Source: Bacillus subtilis subsp. subtilis str. 168
GTDB lineage: Bacteria; Bacillota; Bacilli; Bacillales; Bacillaceae
Direction: 5' to 3'
Length of the DNA stretch: 32,000 nucleotides
NCBI RefSeq assembly: GCF_000009045.1
Contig: NC_000964.3
Coordinates: 3,360,001-3,392,000 of the forward strand
The notes under the pieces were generated by a model that saw only the letters and a program-made list of their open reading frames with translations, ran no database searches and had not been told where the DNA came from. A program made the position numbers and the translations under genes. Positions 29,024 to 32,000 of the stretch are shown piece by piece. How positions within the stretch are numbered: the first letter of the stretch is position 1; every line of letters begins with the position of its first letter.

Positions 29024-30412
29024 TTACGCCTTTGGTTTTACCATGTCTTCCGGCTTAACCATTTCGTTAAATTGCTCCTCTGTCAGCAATTCAAGCTTCA
29101 AAGCTGCTTCTTTGAGCGTCAATCCCTCTTTATGGGCAAGCTTGGCGATTTTCGCCGCGTTTTCATAACCGATATGCGGGTTCAGCGCCGTAACAAGCAT
29201 TAATGAATTTGACAGGTTTTCCTGAATGGTTTCTTTATTAGGCTCAATACCGACAGCACATTTATCATGGAATGAATTCATGCCGTCACTGAGCAGCTGC
29301 ACAGATTGCAGGAAGTTGTAAATAATAACAGGCTTAAACACGTTCAGTTCAAAGTTCCCCTGACTCGCCGCAAAGCCGATTGTCGCATCGTTCCCCATGA
29401 TTTGCGCTGCGATCATTGTTAACGCTTCGCTTTGTGTCGGATTGACTTTACCAGGCATAATAGAGCTTCCCGGCTCATTTTCAGGAATGACGATCTCCCC
29501 GATGCCGCAGCGGGGTCCGCTTGCGAGCCATCTGACATCGTTCGCGATTTTCATTAAGTCAGCCGCAAGCGCTTTTAATGCGCCATGCGCATAAGTGATT
29601 TCGTCATGGCTTGTCAGCGCGTGGAATTTATTCGGCGAGCTGCTGAACGTTTGGCCGGTCAGCTTAGTGATCTCTTCTGAGACAAGCTCTCCAAACTCTG
29701 GGTGGGCGTTGATACCCGTTCCGACAGCCGTTCCACCAATTGCAAGCGCACGCATTTTATCTGTCGCTTCCAAAATCATTTCCTTCGAACGGTCCAGCAT
29801 GTGAACCCATCCGCTGATTTCCTGTCCGAGGGTCAGTGGCGTAGCATCCTGAAGATGCGTGCGTCCGATTTTGACAATATCATTGTATGCTTTTGCTTTT
29901 TCATCCAGTGTATTGCGAAGCTGATCAAGCGCCGGCACAAGCTGCTCGTAAACAGCCAAAACAGCGGCAACATGCATCGCAGTCGGGAATGTGTCGTTTG
30001 AGCTTTGGCTTCGGTTCACGTCATCATTTGGATGAATCGTTTGATCAGAGTTCTTCTCTTTTAATAAAGCAGTCGCACGGTTGGCTACCACTTCGTTCAT
30101 GTTCATATTGCTTTGTGTGCCGCTTCCGGTCTGCCATACGACAAGCGGGAAGTTGTCATCGTACTTGCCTTTGAGCACATCATCACAAACCGCTGCAATC
30201 GCTTCTGCTTTTTCAGCGTCCAGATTGCCGAGGCGTTTATTAGCTAGAGCAGTGCTTCGTTTTAAAATTGCAAACGCCTTCACAACACGCATCGGCATTT
30301 TTTCAGAACCGATCTTAAAGTTCTCCTTGCTTCGCTGTGTTTGGGCGCCCCAAAATTTATCAGCAGGAACTTTTACTTCTCCCATGGTGTCTCGTTCAAT
30401 TCTGTATTCCAT
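29024..30412 (-). CDS. citG: Class II fumarate hydratase
   Basis: 462 aa; [15 protein letters not shown] fumarase signature; SD GGAGGGAT. Confidence 0.95.
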
Positions 30413-30478
30413 TTATGTATCCCTCCATAACGGTTGCTTCAATAGATCATAATTCGCCAATGACACAAAAAATCCTTT

Positions 30479-30664
30479 TTATTTTTCGATCTTGGCAGAT
30501 TTTAATTTTAATTCAAGATATACGCGGGAATCCTTTGAATATTTGTATTTTGGATTTGTCCTGCCGTACTCCTTTGATGTATAAGAGACATCATAATGCT
30601 GTTCAAATGATCTAATGAGCTGTTCAATTTCTTCTTGTTTTCCAGCTAGCCTTACCTGTGCCAC
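30479..30664 (-). CDS. Small conserved protein (DUF3970-like)
   Basis: 61 aa MAQVRLAGKQEEIEQLIRSFEQHYDVSYTSKEYGRTNPKYKYSKDSRVYLELKLK; GTG start with SD GGAGGATACGAA. Confidence 0.75.
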   Translation of the reverse strand: MAQVRLAGKQEEIEQLIRSFEQHYDVSYTSKEYGRTNPKYKYSKDSRVYLELKLKSAKIEK

Positions 30665-30781
30665 TTCGTATCCTCCGCTTTCATAAAAAAACTTACTCCA
30701 TGAAATACTCTAACACAGTATATCATTTTTTTAACAGGAAAAGATAACCTCTACTAAGGTTTTGGATAAGAGGTGACCTCA

Positions 30782-32000
30782 TTGGAACAAACAGAGTTTA
30801 AGGAATATATACACGATAATTTAGCATTGGTGCTGCCAAAATTAAAAGAAAACGATGATCTGGTGAAAAACAAAAAAATGCTTGCGAACGGACTGGTTTT
30901 TTACTATCTCTATTTCAGTGAAATGACTGATGAGAATAAGGTGTCAGAAGCCATTAAAACTTTGATTAAAGATGAGGAGACCTTAACGCTTGACCAGGTC
31001 AAAAAACGCCTTGACCAGCTTGACGCAAGACCTGTTGAAACTGCAAAAAAAACGATTGAATCGATTCTCAACGGCAATTGTGCTGTGTTTATCAACGGAT
31101 TGGATAAAGCCTATATTCTGACCACAGGAAAGAAAAAAACAAGAAGCCTGACAGAGCCGACAACTGAAAAAGTGGTTCGCGGCCCAAAAGTAGCGTTTGT
31201 AGAGGATATTGATACAAATCTCGCTCTGATCAGACAAAGAACCTCTCATCCGAAATTGATCACCAAAAAAATCATGATCGGCGAAAACAAGCTGAAGCCT
31301 GCAGCCATTATGTACATTGAAGGCAAAGCAAAAAAGTCCGTCATAAAAGAAGTGAAGGCGCGGCTTAAAAATATCCAGCTGGAAGATATCCAGGACAGCG
31401 GAACGCTCGAGGAGCTCATTGAAGATAATAAATATTCACCATTTCCGCAGATACAAAATACGGAAAGACCTGACAAAGTATCTTCAGCCCTGTTTAACGG
31501 CCGTGTGGCAATTTTGGTCGACAGTTCACCATTTGTGCTGCTGGTGCCGGTTTCTCTCGGCATCCTGATGCAATCCCCGGATGACTACTATGAACGCTGG
31601 ATTTCAGCATCTCTTATCCGGTCGCTGCGCTTTGCTTCTATCTTTATCACCTTGTTTTTGTCATCGATTTATATAACACTTGTTTCCTTCCATCAGGGGC
31701 TGCTGCCGACCGCACTCGCCGTCACGATTTCGGCGAACAGGGAAAACGTGCCGTTCCCTCCGATATTTGAAGCCCTGCTGATGGAAGTCACCATCGAGCT
31801 GCTAAGGGAAGCCGGACTGCGACTCCCCAATCCGCTCGGACAGACGATCGGCCTCGTTGGGGGCGTAGTCATCGGACAGGCTGCTGTAGAAGCGAATCTC
31901 GTCAGTTCGATTTTGGTCATTGTCGTCAGTGTCATTGCCCTGGCATCCTTTACCGTTCCTCAATACGGAATGGGTCTGTCTTTCCGGGTGCTGCGTTTTA
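30782..32000 (+). CDS. gerAA: Spore germination receptor subunit GerAA (partial, runs off right edge)
   Basis: TTG start after SD AGAGGTGACCTCA; (M)EQTEFKEYIHDNLALVLPKLKENDDLVKNKKMLANGLVFYYLYFSEMTDENK...ALFNGRVAILVDSSPFVLLVPVSL; GerA family. Absent from the ORF track because it has no stop within the window. Confidence 0.95.
   Translation, partial: MEQTEFKEYIHDNLALVLPKLKENDDLVKNKKMLANGLVFYYLYFSEMTDENKVSEAIKTLIKDEETLTLDQVKKRLDQLDARPVETAKKTIESILNGNCAVFINGLDKAYILTTGKKKTRSLTEPTTEKVVRGPKVAFVEDIDTNLALIRQRTSHPKLITKKIMIGENKLKPAAIMYIEGKAKKSVIKEVKARLKNIQLEDIQDSGTLEELIEDNKYSPFPQIQNTERPDKVSSALFNGRVAILVDSSPFVLLVPVSLGILMQSPDDYYERWISASLIRSLRFASIFITLFLSSIYITLVSFHQGLLPTALAVTISANRENVPFPPIFEALLMEVTIELLREAGLRLPNPLGQTIGLVGGVVIGQAAVEANLVSSILVIVVSVIALASFTVPQYGMGLSFRVLRF

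Overview
This window looks like ordinary Bacillus subtilis-type chromosome. Gene content and order match the region sufC (partial) - yurZ - metQ/metP/metN - yusD - yusE - yusF - yusG - gcvH - yusI - fadE - fadA - fadN - small yuzL-like ORF - proline dehydrogenase - two CotF-like spore proteins - MarR regulator and MFS exporter - yusQ - yusS/yusR - yusT - yusU - yusV - yusW - yusX/yusY - yusZ - mrgA - htrB - cssR/cssS - yirB - yuxN - citG - DUF3970-like ORF - gerAA (partial). I see no mobile element, CRISPR array, rRNA or tRNA, and no convincing new multi-gene system. The best second-look items are: (1) an SDR gene split by one in-frame TAG (yusS/yusR); (2) an M3 oligoendopeptidase split by a single-base frame change with an ATGA overlap (yusY/yusX); (3) an apparent decayed gene between sufC and yurZ; (4) an unannotated 27-codon hydrophobic ORF with a Shine-Dalgarno (SD) sequence just upstream of htrB; (5) several clear or candidate cis elements: S-box riboswitch, FadR, Fur, PerR, MarR-type and LysR-type palindromes, and an exact 11-bp tandem repeat ahead of sufC; (6) several starts where the longest-ORF call is probably wrong. 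Most large antisense ORFs are shadows of conserved genes.
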